Below are positions 26,993 to 36,465 of a stretch of DNA of 64,000 nt, piece after piece. The position numbers and the translations under genes are program-made. Position 1 is the first letter of the stretch, and the number at the start of each line of letters is the position of its first letter. Below the pieces are notes generated by a model. The model did no database searches, was not told where the DNA came from, and saw only the letters and a program-made list of their open reading frames with translations. This DNA comes from Acidimicrobiales bacterium (GTDB lineage Bacteria; Actinomycetota; Acidimicrobiia; Acidimicrobiales; CAVXTF01): positions 8,267-72,266 of the forward strand of contig JBAPRR010000428.1 of assembly GCA_049281195.1 (NCBI GenBank), read 5' to 3'.

Positions 26993-27014
26993 ATAAATCA
27001 GATCTTTCCGGTAC

Positions 27015-28004
27015 TCAAAGGGTTGATGGGAGACACCTCGCGAGAGTCTCGCAAGCGAAGAGCCCGCAAGCCAGCAAGAGAGGAGATGCGAGCAGCCATG
27101 ATACCCACGGCTGGCGCCACTTTCTGATCGAGAACATCATGAAGCCGAGGATGAAAATGAAGGCGATGGCCCACAACGCGGCAAGGATCCCCGCCGCGTT
27201 GTCTCCGACGAAGCTCGGAATGGTTACCGCTCTGGACGCTTTCCCGCTCCCTACTGGCTGACCGTCGAGACGAGCTACGACCACGGATCGGCCGGTTGGA
27301 AGCCATGCCGAGTTGGAGGTGACCAGTACGAGCCAGCTGCGGCCGTATCTGGGGGTCGAAATCGTCCCCTGCGAAATAGTCTCCACGTTGGTCACGGAGT
27401 AGCTGAAGTCGCCTGCGCCGTCGATCACTTGAATGGTGTCTCCGGGTTGAAGACTCGAGATGCCTCTGAAGGCGCCTCCGAAGCTCACGCGTCGACCGGC
27501 GATAACCGTGTTGCCAGGCTCACCGGGAACGATGAACTTTCCCCCTGAAGCTTCGGCAAGGCCCGGACCCATTTGGAGGTCTGCAGATGAGGTTCCGTTT
27601 ACAACAGCCTGGTGAACCCCGAGGACAGGAATGTTGAGCACCGCAACCGGCGCTCCGTTCTTCGGAGCATTTCCTTCCGCAAGGCTGAACACGGCCCGGG
27701 GGTCGCTGCTCAAGGTGTGCAGGAGCCTGTTCTGGCTCCGAGCGGCGCTGAGACCGGAGAAGACATAGAGGTAAAGGATGAACATGGCGAGCAACACGCC
27801 GGCCAGGGTCATGGCCAGTCCGATGAGCTCGACCCGTCGGCTCTTCGGTCCGCCGGAAGCCTTCGCTCCTTCTGTGGAAGTGAGGTTGTCGGGAACCTCG
27901 GCCAAATGAAGTCTGTCGTGGTTTGAACCGGCAACTTCATCTGGCGGGAACTGGCGTACAGGATCCCGTTCGAGAGGTAGCGAGGACGCGATCGTTTCAC
28001 TCAT
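27015..28004 (-). CDS. Sortase-fold membrane protein lacking the canonical catalytic His and Cys
   Basis: Aligns with class E sortases: PVAVLNIPVLGVHQAVVNGT...GPG...PGEPGNTVIAGRR...LQPGDTIQV...WLVLVTSNS...GRSVVVARL. AGHR becomes AGRR (codon 27492-27494) and TLxTC becomes LVTS (codon 27315-27317). One N-terminal TM and two C-terminal TMs. ATGA overlap with the upstream stop (28001-28004). Confidence 0.75.
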   Translation of the reverse strand: MSETIASSLPLERDPVRQFPPDEVAGSNHDRLHLAEVPDNLTSTEGAKASGGPKSRRVELIGLAMTLAGVLLAMFILYLYVFSGLSAARSQNRLLHTLSSDPRAVFSLAEGNAPKNGAPVAVLNIPVLGVHQAVVNGTSSADLQMGPGLAEASGGKFIVPGEPGNTVIAGRRVSFGGAFRGISSLQPGDTIQVIDGAGDFSYSVTNVETISQGTISTPRYGRSWLVLVTSNSAWLPTGRSVVVARLDGQPVGSGKASRAVTIPSFVGDNAAGILAALWAIAFIFILGFMMFSIRKWRQPWVSWLLASPLLLACGLFACETLARCLPSTL

Positions 28005-30478
28005 GTTTGTACGTGCGCTTTCCTGAGTCTGCGTCGAGCCCTCGGAGCGAGGACGAGCAGTGGTCCGACGATTAGACCGAGCAGGGCGGCTCCACCGAGA
28101 CCGGCGACGATCCACCGTTCCGTCCCCTGAGCTAGGGCGAGGACCTCAGGCTCGAAGCCCTTACCCGGGCCTTTGGGTGGTGGAGTAGAGGCAGAAGACC
28201 TGATCACCGGTTTCGAAGTCACCGGCGGTGCGGTCACCGGGCTAGTCGAAGGAGTCGAAACCGGCGTGGTGGCGACGACCCCGCTCGTGATCGGAGTCGT
28301 CGTATTGACGCGAGTGGTGGGGATCGGAGTCCTAGGAGCGGTCGGCGTTGTCGTTTTTTTCCCAGTGGATCCGCTGGAGCTTCCCGGAAGAGCCGGAGGA
28401 GTTCCGTTGCAGGACGACTCCGTGTAAGGGAACGTGCTCGAGATTGTTTGTCGGGCCTGGTTGTAGAGACTTTGAGTCAACGGCACGTATCCGGTAGGCA
28501 TGGGGACACTGCTCGTTCCACCCTCGTACGAGTAGCAAACGAGGTTCGTTAGGAGGTCCCCTTCCGCTTGCGAATTCGCGGGTGTCTGAGCGGATGTAGG
28601 AACGACGGCGTAGGTGACTAGCGGCATCGGGTAAGCGAGGGGATCCCCGGTGTCGTCGTAGTTGTACGCCAAAACGCCATTCGATCCAACCGTCGCATCT
28701 CCAAGGGCCGCGTCGATGGATTTCTGTGAAGGAGTTACGAAAACCCCGGCGGCATTTTGAATCGCCGCGGAGTTCAGGCCGAGGTACGAAGCCTCTGACC
28801 AGTCGAGCGCTCCAAACCCTGCGGTGGGGTGTTGGGTTCCCGTGGGAGGTGCTGCACCACCGGAAAAGACATAGCCGCGCAGCCGGTACGCCTGCAGCTC
28901 GGGTGTCGAGTCGAATTGATATTGATCAGTCGCCGACGCAAGCACCGGCAGATCTGAGTAGGGAGTGCACGACGTGTAAGGCCAAACCGCGCTGCCATTG
29001 CCGTTAGGAGGGGGCCACGCCACCCCGGCTGTGGGCGGGGTCACAAGTGTCGTCGTCGCGACATTCGGATCGGTGACGCTTTCGGGAGTCGGCACCGGTT
29101 GGCCGTGCACTTTCAGGGGAACCGTTACCGTTATCGGAACATTCGGAGCACTGCAGGCCCAGTTCGTCACCTGGTAGCTCGAACCGCTCGCGGTGCTCGA
29201 GAAGAACATCCCGAAGGCGCCCGGCGCCAATGTACCGGAAGGAACCGGGTTCAGAAGATCGAACGTGTCGTAATTATCGGGACCGGTGGTGTCTCCCGAC
29301 TTTGTTCCACACTCGTAAATCTTGTTGCAGTCCAGGGGAGGCATTACCAGATCGGACCCATAACCCTCCGCGTACGTACTGGTTATGAGCCCGGCAACCA
29401 TGTTCGGTGTCAGCTCGTAGGTGCTCACGGGGAACGATTGGGAATCTGCCTGATCAAAGTCACCGTCCAGGAATCCCATCACGGTCGCTGATACCGCGAT
29501 AGGGATGTATTTCACGCTCATACCCGAAAGCGTCTGTTGTTGGGCCGTGTCTTGTGGCTCGTCGGTAAAAGCGACGGGGACCGTCCCGGTAGAAAAGTCA
29601 GAGATGACCTGGTCGGTGTTGGTGGCGACGTTCAGGGCGGATACACCGCCGGCGCCGGTACATGTGGCGTCGACGGCAGCAGGAAGGAAATGTTCGACAC
29701 TGAACGCGCTTTCGGTCTGGATCTGCGGATCTGAGGTCGGACACCCGTTGGTCGTTGATGCGAACGTTATGGGAATTATCGCCGTGTTGGCAGAGGTCTC
29801 GTCAGTGCTCGTGGCGCCATTCGGCAGGTCCTCAACTTCGATGCCACAGTAGTCAGGTCCGTTGTCACAGTAGAACGGCACCTTTGGATCTGCGTTCGAG
29901 ATGATCGGATCGGCCGGCAAGGGCGCGTTCCCATCCCCCGACGGTTGAAACTGGGTCGGGTAGCTGGCAGTCGCCGTGCCGTCCGGCTCCACGGGAATCG
30001 CGATCGGACTGAACGAAACCTGATCGGGATCGAGACCATTTGCACATTGCGGGTCGCCGCCGGGAACGATCTCGGGCGGATCTGTTATCGGGCAGTACGC
30101 GACTCTCACGAAATCGGTCGTCGGGAAGTTCGTCATGTCTATGTATACGTACTCACCGTTCCCGACGTTGGTGGTCGGGCCGATGGTTACCGTGGGACAA
30201 GACGAGGAGCAACCCGAGCCGATTTGGACGGTCACGCATTGCGACACACCGCCCGGGCAGTTCTGTGGCGTGTCTGCGACGGCGGCGGAGTTGAAGACGT
30301 TGCCCGCAGGAGTGGAGAAGAGCACCGCGGAGAACACGAACAGCGCGATGCCGTAGCGCACTAAGCGGACGCTGTTGAAGGTAGACGCACCGGGGCGAGC
30401 AGGGTGTGACCTGCGCTCAGGGCCCCGCACCTTTTGGTGCAACCCCTTCGTGCGCTTGAAGCGGATATTGAAGAACAT
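28001..30478 (-). CDS. Large secreted PstS-like (PBP_like_2) domain protein with a Cys-rich N-terminal region, Thr/Pro-rich stalk and C-terminal TM anchor
   Basis: Signal peptide VRLVRYGIALFVFSAVLFS. Central region KYIPIAVSATVMGFLDG... resembles PstS-family proteins. C-terminus reads TTTPTAPRTPIPTT...STPPPKGPGKG...WIVAGLGGAALLGLIVGPLLVLAPRARRRLRK. ATG at 30478 lies 5 nt after the upstream stop. Confidence 0.6.
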   Translation of the reverse strand: MFFNIRFKRTKGLHQKVRGPERRSHPARPGASTFNSVRLVRYGIALFVFSAVLFSTPAGNVFNSAAVADTPQNCPGGVSQCVTVQIGSGCSSSCPTVTIGPTTNVGNGEYVYIDMTNFPTTDFVRVAYCPITDPPEIVPGGDPQCANGLDPDQVSFSPIAIPVEPDGTATASYPTQFQPSGDGNAPLPADPIISNADPKVPFYCDNGPDYCGIEVEDLPNGATSTDETSANTAIIPITFASTTNGCPTSDPQIQTESAFSVEHFLPAAVDATCTGAGGVSALNVATNTDQVISDFSTGTVPVAFTDEPQDTAQQQTLSGMSVKYIPIAVSATVMGFLDGDFDQADSQSFPVSTYELTPNMVAGLITSTYAEGYGSDLVMPPLDCNKIYECGTKSGDTTGPDNYDTFDLLNPVPSGTLAPGAFGMFFSSTASGSSYQVTNWACSAPNVPITVTVPLKVHGQPVPTPESVTDPNVATTTLVTPPTAGVAWPPPNGNGSAVWPYTSCTPYSDLPVLASATDQYQFDSTPELQAYRLRGYVFSGGAAPPTGTQHPTAGFGALDWSEASYLGLNSAAIQNAAGVFVTPSQKSIDAALGDATVGSNGVLAYNYDDTGDPLAYPMPLVTYAVVPTSAQTPANSQAEGDLLTNLVCYSYEGGTSSVPMPTGYVPLTQSLYNQARQTISSTFPYTESSCNGTPPALPGSSSGSTGKKTTTPTAPRTPIPTTRVNTTTPITSGVVATTPVSTPSTSPVTAPPVTSKPVIRSSASTPPPKGPGKGFEPEVLALAQGTERWIVAGLGGAALLGLIVGPLLVLAPRARRRLRKAHVQT

Positions 30479-30483
30479 CTGCC

Positions 30484-32250
30484 TCACCCGGCCGCCTTCG
30501 TGGAGGGACGTCGCCTTCGACGGCCGAGGATGAAGACCGGCAGGAAAACTGCGGCAAGGAACACGATGCACCAGCAGGCGATCTGGACTGCAGGTGAAGA
30601 GAAGCCGAGTGCGGTCGCCGCGCCGGCCCTGAAATCTGCAGATCGCGCGTAGATACTCGGGCCACTCGTCTTCTCGACCTTCTTGAGATGCTTTAGGTAC
30701 TTCTGAGCGGCGGCCGCGGCGGGCGACGTGGTAGCGGTGGTCGATCCTTTGCCCCCAGTCGAGGGGTTCGTATCTCCTGGGGTCGTCGTACCCGTCGATC
30801 CGCCCGGACCGTTGGTGCCGGTACTTCCCGGATTGGATCCACTCGTAGTCGTAGAAGTATGGCTGCCGGACTTACCCTCCCCACCCCCACCAGATGGCAC
30901 CGTCTGGTTGGTAGTCGGAGGATTACCCCCGATGATCGAAGGTTCGCCCGGAAGGACGGTCTGTCCATCGACATATGGATTCTTGCAATCCGCCGAAGAC
31001 ACTTGCGGGGGCTGTTGTCCGCCGTTCATCCGGCCAATGGCGTTGAAGTCCTCCTGCACCAGGTTGGGTGGCAGCGGCGAATAGCCCAATACGGCCATCT
31101 GCTGCTGCCCCGCGCACGCCAGGAATTGGACGAATTGGCCCAGAGCTTGACCCTTTACAGCCGGGAACGGGGATGAAGCTCCGGTGCCGCTGCACTTGGT
31201 CGTCGAACCCGCCGCCACCAAATTCGGAGAACACGGCGTGACCAGGTAGCTGTACGAGGAAAGGGGGTAGGCGTTGGGAAGAGGGTTCGTATAGACGCTG
31301 GCGAGGTTCTGAGTCAGGTCGGCATATAGAACGGCATCCTCGAGCGCGGTTGCGTCGTTGACCGAGGTCGGTTGCACGGGGTTTCCATCGGCATTCACGA
31401 CGGACGCCACCGGGTCGCTGTGCTGAATTGCGTAAGCGGTCTCGACATAGGTGATCGCGCCATTGCTCGAAGCAGCTGCCACATAGTTGGCAGCGTTGTC
31501 CGATCCGCTCTGTCCTTGCAGGTTGTTATTCGTCCAACCCGGGTAGCCAGGAGGCACTACGGTTCCGGGGGGCGGCGTCGGCCACGTCGCCGACGGAGCG
31601 TCGATCGGCGACGCCTGCATCGCATTCTGGTAGGCAACGAAGTCCGAGTTGTCCTCGTGAAGCAGGTAGTCGGAAAGAAGGTAATTCTCACCTGACGCAT
31701 CAACCCGATACACGGGGATGATGGTGGTGCACGGCATGTTTCCCTGTATCGAAGGGGGCTGGATCTGGACGATCTGGGGAGCGCACCACGTGGTGATGAC
31801 GCCGGTGAAGATCTCCTCGATCACCTGCGTCGTCAGAACGAGGCTCTTGATCTGCGTTCCCGATTGGGACCCTTGAAGGTTGTACATGAAGGCCAAGGCG
31901 CCGGCGACGTCCGGCAGGTACTGATAAGGCTGATTCGGCTCTTCGAGGGCCTGGCCGGAGCTGTAAGGAATGTCGGAGGCACCGAAGTCGATCTGGTTCT
32001 CGGCGAAGTCGTCCAGACCGACCACAGAAGAAGAAACCTGAAAGTTGATGCTGAGCCCGTAAAGCGTGGACGCCTCACCGATCCATTGTTCGATCGCCAC
32101 GCCGGCGAAGCTGGAGCCGGTCGACTCGAGAGCGGGTGAAGCGGCGGCCTGGGTGGCCGGAGCAAGCGCGGCAAACAGCCCGACCGCGTTCACTGCAATG
32201 AACGTGGCCAGCCACTTGATACGGCGAATCCGGGTGCGGCGGAGTTTCAT
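30484..32250 (-). CDS. pstS: PstS-family phosphate-binding protein with a Gly/Thr/Ser-rich stalk and C-terminal TM anchor
   Basis: Signal peptide MKLRRTRIRRIKWLATFIAVNAVGLFAALAPATQAAA. PstS-like STGSSFAGVAIEQW...NFQVSSSVVGLDDFAENQIDFGASDIPY. C-terminus IACWCIVFLAAVFLPVFILGRRRRRP. Directly follows pstB. Confidence 0.75.
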   Translation of the reverse strand: MKLRRTRIRRIKWLATFIAVNAVGLFAALAPATQAAASPALESTGSSFAGVAIEQWIGEASTLYGLSINFQVSSSVVGLDDFAENQIDFGASDIPYSSGQALEEPNQPYQYLPDVAGALAFMYNLQGSQSGTQIKSLVLTTQVIEEIFTGVITTWCAPQIVQIQPPSIQGNMPCTTIIPVYRVDASGENYLLSDYLLHEDNSDFVAYQNAMQASPIDAPSATWPTPPPGTVVPPGYPGWTNNNLQGQSGSDNAANYVAAASSNGAITYVETAYAIQHSDPVASVVNADGNPVQPTSVNDATALEDAVLYADLTQNLASVYTNPLPNAYPLSSYSYLVTPCSPNLVAAGSTTKCSGTGASSPFPAVKGQALGQFVQFLACAGQQQMAVLGYSPLPPNLVQEDFNAIGRMNGGQQPPQVSSADCKNPYVDGQTVLPGEPSIIGGNPPTTNQTVPSGGGGEGKSGSHTSTTTSGSNPGSTGTNGPGGSTGTTTPGDTNPSTGGKGSTTATTSPAAAAAQKYLKHLKKVEKTSGPSIYARSADFRAGAATALGFSSPAVQIACWCIVFLAAVFLPVFILGRRRRRPSTKAAG

Positions 32251-32281
32251 CACAGTCTCACCTCGGCTGCTAATGCTGCGC

Positions 32282-33103
<822 letters not shown>

Positions 33104-33131
33104 CTGCGCTCTCTCTTGTCGCTTCCGTTCA

Positions 33132-34388
33132 TCAAATGTCTGTCCGTGAATCGTCGTCACCGAGCAACGCCAGAATGTCGGAGTCAACGGCGGCCATCAC
33201 CGGAGTTCTGGCGTCCTTGCGTCGTGAACTCAACTTCAGTCGCTTTCCACCGCGGGTGCGGCCTGCGATCCGTGCCAAGACGAAAAGGATGAGAACTAAC
33301 GAGATCAAGACGAACCCGGATTGATAGGCGAGGTCGATCAGAACCGGCTGGGCTTGGCGGACGTTCGTGTAAACCTCCAAGGGGAGGCTCTCTTGGGGAT
33401 TGTGGAACACATTGGCGTTCATGATCTGAGATCCGAAGGCTGTGAAGAGAAGCGGTGCCGTCTCGCCGACGATTCTGGCGATCCCGAGGAGTACAGCGGT
33501 CACGACACCCGAACGCGCCGTCGGTAGAACAACCGACCAGACCGTCCTCCACTCTGGCGCGCCTAGCGCTGCTGATGCTTCTCTAAGTCCGGAAGGAACG
33601 ACCCTGAGGACCTCCTCTGTCGTCCTCGTTACTGCCGGGAGGAGCAGCACGAACAGAGCGAGGGAGGCGGCGATGCCGGAGTAGCTGAGCCAGTGATTGA
33701 TTATGAAGATCGAATAGATGAACAGTCCGGCGACGATGGAGGGGAGGCCGCTCATTGCGGTAACGACGGTCCGGACCATCCGCGTGCCGCGCCCCCCTAC
33801 CTCGTTCAAGAACACTGCCGTCGCCACCGCTATCGGAACGCCGATCACCGCGGCCACGCCTACTTCTTCAAGAGTCCCGACAATCGCATGTTCGATTCCG
33901 ACGTGTGCCAAAGCGTTGGGCTCCGCCGGTTCGAAGCCTTTCTGCGTCTTTGTGAAGAGCGCTCCCCAGTGGATGTGTCCGATTGCCTTCAAGAAGACGT
34001 AGACGATGATGAAGATGACGAGACCGATGACGATTGCCGCCCCGGTCGTCATGATGACCGTGACGATCCGGTCCGTAGCCATCTGGGATTCAGTCAGCTT
34101 GGCCGTCACGATCCAGTACAGGACCAGGAATGCGAAGTACCAGCACAACAGGAAGCCGAAGCCGCCCGAAAGAAGGGTCAGCTGGTAGAAGAGCACCCAA
34201 ACGAAAGCAAAGGCCGAAAGGGCCGAAAGCAGCAGCAGGGCGACGTCGGACCTGGTGAAGTTCTTCGGTCTGATCGGCGACGACCGCGTTGGCCTGGGTG
34301 GCCGCGCTGTCGGCGGGACTGCAGGAGGCGCACTGTCAGTTGTTACGCCACCAGTCGCGCCTTCTGGCGGGTTTAGGAGCTGCGTCAC
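33132..34388 (-). CDS. pstA: Phosphate ABC transporter permease PstA (with a Pro-rich N-terminal extension)
   Basis: Permease core GIEHAIVGTLEEV...EASAALGAPEWRTVWSVVLP (EAA loop). GTG at 34388 forms a GTGA overlap with the pstC stop. The longer ORF to 34712 is Arg-rich shadow sequence. Confidence 0.88.
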   Translation of the reverse strand: MTQLLNPPEGATGGVTTDSAPPAVPPTARPPRPTRSSPIRPKNFTRSDVALLLLSALSAFAFVWVLFYQLTLLSGGFGFLLCWYFAFLVLYWIVTAKLTESQMATDRIVTVIMTTGAAIVIGLVIFIIVYVFLKAIGHIHWGALFTKTQKGFEPAEPNALAHVGIEHAIVGTLEEVGVAAVIGVPIAVATAVFLNEVGGRGTRMVRTVVTAMSGLPSIVAGLFIYSIFIINHWLSYSGIAASLALFVLLLPAVTRTTEEVLRVVPSGLREASAALGAPEWRTVWSVVLPTARSGVVTAVLLGIARIVGETAPLLFTAFGSQIMNANVFHNPQESLPLEVYTNVRQAQPVLIDLAYQSGFVLISLVLILFVLARIAGRTRGGKRLKLSSRRKDARTPVMAAVDSDILALLGDDDSRTDI

Positions 34389-35380
34389 AGTTCGACCCCA
34401 GCTCCACTGCGACTGCGGTTGACGATCGCCGATGCGATGAGGTTCACGACGAGCGTCAGGGCGAACAGGACGAAGCCGCACATCAGAAGGTCCTCGAGAC
34501 CATGCTGTCCGCCGGAGCCGAAGTTGATGGCGATGAGACTGGCGATCGTCGAACCGCCGTGGCCGAGAATGTGTGGCGAGATGACGAACGCCTGACCGAG
34601 GATGATCGACACGGCGATCGTCTCTTCGAGCGCGCGGCCCATGCCGAGCATCACCGCTCCGATCATTCCGCCTTTGCCGAATGGCAGCACGACCGTCCTG
34701 ATCATCTGCCAACGGCTCGCTCCGAGCGCCATCGCGGCCTCACGCTCGCCGGCAGGCGCTAGAGAGAAGACCTCGCGGCTGACCGAGGCCACGATCGGAA
34801 CGATCATCAGGCCGACGACCAGTCCCGCGATGAAAAGCGAGGCGTTGTACGGAGGGTGCAGGACCTTGAAGATCGGGATGAACCCAAGATGGTTGGACAT
34901 CCATGAGCTGATGCCGACCACGTTCGGCTGGAGCTCGAAAAAGCCCCATAGCCCGTAGATGACCGACGGGATGGCCGCGGCCAGGTCGACCAGGGCGATC
35001 AGAGTGCGCCTGCTCCACGGGGGGGCGTATTCGCTCAGGAACAGGGCGGTCGTGAGTGCTACAGGCACTCCGACTACGAGAGCGACCAGAGCCACGACGA
35101 CGGTCCCGTAGAGGGAGGCGAGTACTCCGAAAGTGGGATGGGCCCCGAGCGTCTGGTATCCCGAGGTGGTGAAGAACTTGAACCCGCGAACCTTGATGGC
35201 CGGGAGTCCGTGGATCAGGAGGAACAGCCCGATCAGGAACAAGAGGATCAGCGCGCCGTATCCGGCCCCGCGCACAGTCCCGCGATAGATCCGATCTTCC
35301 TTGGACCGCAGGTTCTTGAGTGTTATGGGGCGCGGCCCTAGGGGCGACGCCGCCCGTGGCAAATCAGCTGTCTGTGACAC
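34385..35380 (-). CDS. pstC: Phosphate ABC transporter permease PstC
   Basis: 6-TM permease with the EAA loop EREAAMALGASRWQMIRTVVLP. First gene of the operon. Confidence 0.9.
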   Translation of the reverse strand: MSQTADLPRAASPLGPRPITLKNLRSKEDRIYRGTVRGAGYGALILLFLIGLFLLIHGLPAIKVRGFKFFTTSGYQTLGAHPTFGVLASLYGTVVVALVALVVGVPVALTTALFLSEYAPPWSRRTLIALVDLAAAIPSVIYGLWGFFELQPNVVGISSWMSNHLGFIPIFKVLHPPYNASLFIAGLVVGLMIVPIVASVSREVFSLAPAGEREAAMALGASRWQMIRTVVLPFGKGGMIGAVMLGMGRALEETIAVSIILGQAFVISPHILGHGGSTIASLIAINFGSGGQHGLEDLLMCGFVLFALTLVVNLIASAIVNRSRSGAGVEL

Positions 35381-35767
35381 GAATTCCCCGCCTACCTGCC
35401 CGGTGGTCCCAGAGATGTATTTGTCGTAGGCGCCGGCTGTGTCGCCGGCTCGGCTATCAAGCTCGTAGTCATGTGACTGCAGAACTGAACGTCAGGGACG
35501 CTAGGTCTCGGAGGTTAACTAAACGCGAACTTTTCGTGACCTGCCGATGATCCCTGCATGAAACTCTAGAAGTAGACGAGTTCGCGTTTTATCGACTCAA
35601 TGTGCTGGGAGTACTCGAAAGCCGCGCATTGTGTTTGCATCGACACAAAGACACGTCGGGCTATTCGGGGCGACTGGCGCGCACTTTATTAACCCAAGCA
35701 AGAATATTGCGCCTGCCGACCTCGATGTCACGTAGAGCTGAACCCGGAAGAACCATGGCTGGATCAG

Positions 35768-36385
35768 ATGCACATTAGAGAAGCGACTCCTGAGGACGCG
35801 TTGGCGATCGCGGACGTCCACGTGCGGTCTTGGAAGTCGGCATACCCGGGTCTGCTCCCTCAGGACTACCTCGACCAGCTGCGCCCAGAGCACCGTGTGG
35901 CCCAATGGGAGACCACACTGGCTTCGACTCACTGGCCGGGTAGCGGAATGTTCGTTCTCGTGGACGGTGCAGACGGGATACGGGCCGACGGGATACGGGC
36001 CGACGGGATACGGGCCGACGGGATGCACGGGATTGCGGCTGACGAAAAACAGGACGTGAAAGGGTTCTCGCACCTGTGCCCGACGCGTGACGATGATCTC
36101 GATCCTGCGACCACGGGAGAGATCACGTCCATTTACCTCGCCCCGGAAGCCTGGGGCGGAGGAAATGGAGTTGCCCTGATCAAACGATCGCTCGACCAAC
36201 TGGCGACTGCCGGCTACGAGACCGCGACCTTGTGGGCACTCGACACCAACACCAAGGCTCGCCGCTTCTACGAGATCGGTGGATGGCGGCATGACGGAAC
36301 CACCAAGATTCATGACTGGGGGCAATTCGTCTGTACAGATGTTCGCTATGTACTCGATCTGACCGACTGGCCTACCCGAATCTGA
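35768..36385 (+). CDS. GNAT-family N-acetyltransferase
   Basis: IREATPEDALAIADVHVRSW... and the acetyl-CoA binding-like region IYLAPEAWGGGNGVALIKRSL...ARRFYEIGGW. Confidence 0.85.
   Translation: MHIREATPEDALAIADVHVRSWKSAYPGLLPQDYLDQLRPEHRVAQWETTLASTHWPGSGMFVLVDGADGIRADGIRADGIRADGMHGIAADEKQDVKGFSHLCPTRDDDLDPATTGEITSIYLAPEAWGGGNGVALIKRSLDQLATAGYETATLWALDTNTKARRFYEIGGWRHDGTTKIHDWGQFVCTDVRYVLDLTDWPTRI
35972..36031 (+). repeat. In-frame 15-nt tandem repeat (GACGGGATACGGGCC x3 plus one diverged copy) encoding (ADGIR)n inside the GNAT gene
   Basis: Units 35972-35986, 35987-36001 and 36002-16 are identical. The fourth copy (36017-36031) has diverged. Confidence 0.9.
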
Positions 36386-36465
36386 GAGCATTCGGCGCGT
36401 GGCGCCCTAACGAATCGGCGCTCGGCGCGCTGCCCATCGGCCGTGCTGCTTGGCGCGCTACCCGA

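Noticed and set aside
28040-28150. Possible sortase sorting signal (LALAQGTE) at the C-terminus of the 825-aa PstS-like protein
   Set aside because: The helix plus polybasic tail resembles a sorting signal. However, LAQGT is not LPXTG/LAXTG, and the 588-aa neighbour has no similar pentapeptide. I describe both only as TM anchors.
35597-36391. 264-aa - strand ORF overlapping the GNAT gene
   Set aside because: The + strand frame has GNAT motifs. The - strand product is low-complexity: it even reads PVGPY x3 across the same 15-nt repeat.
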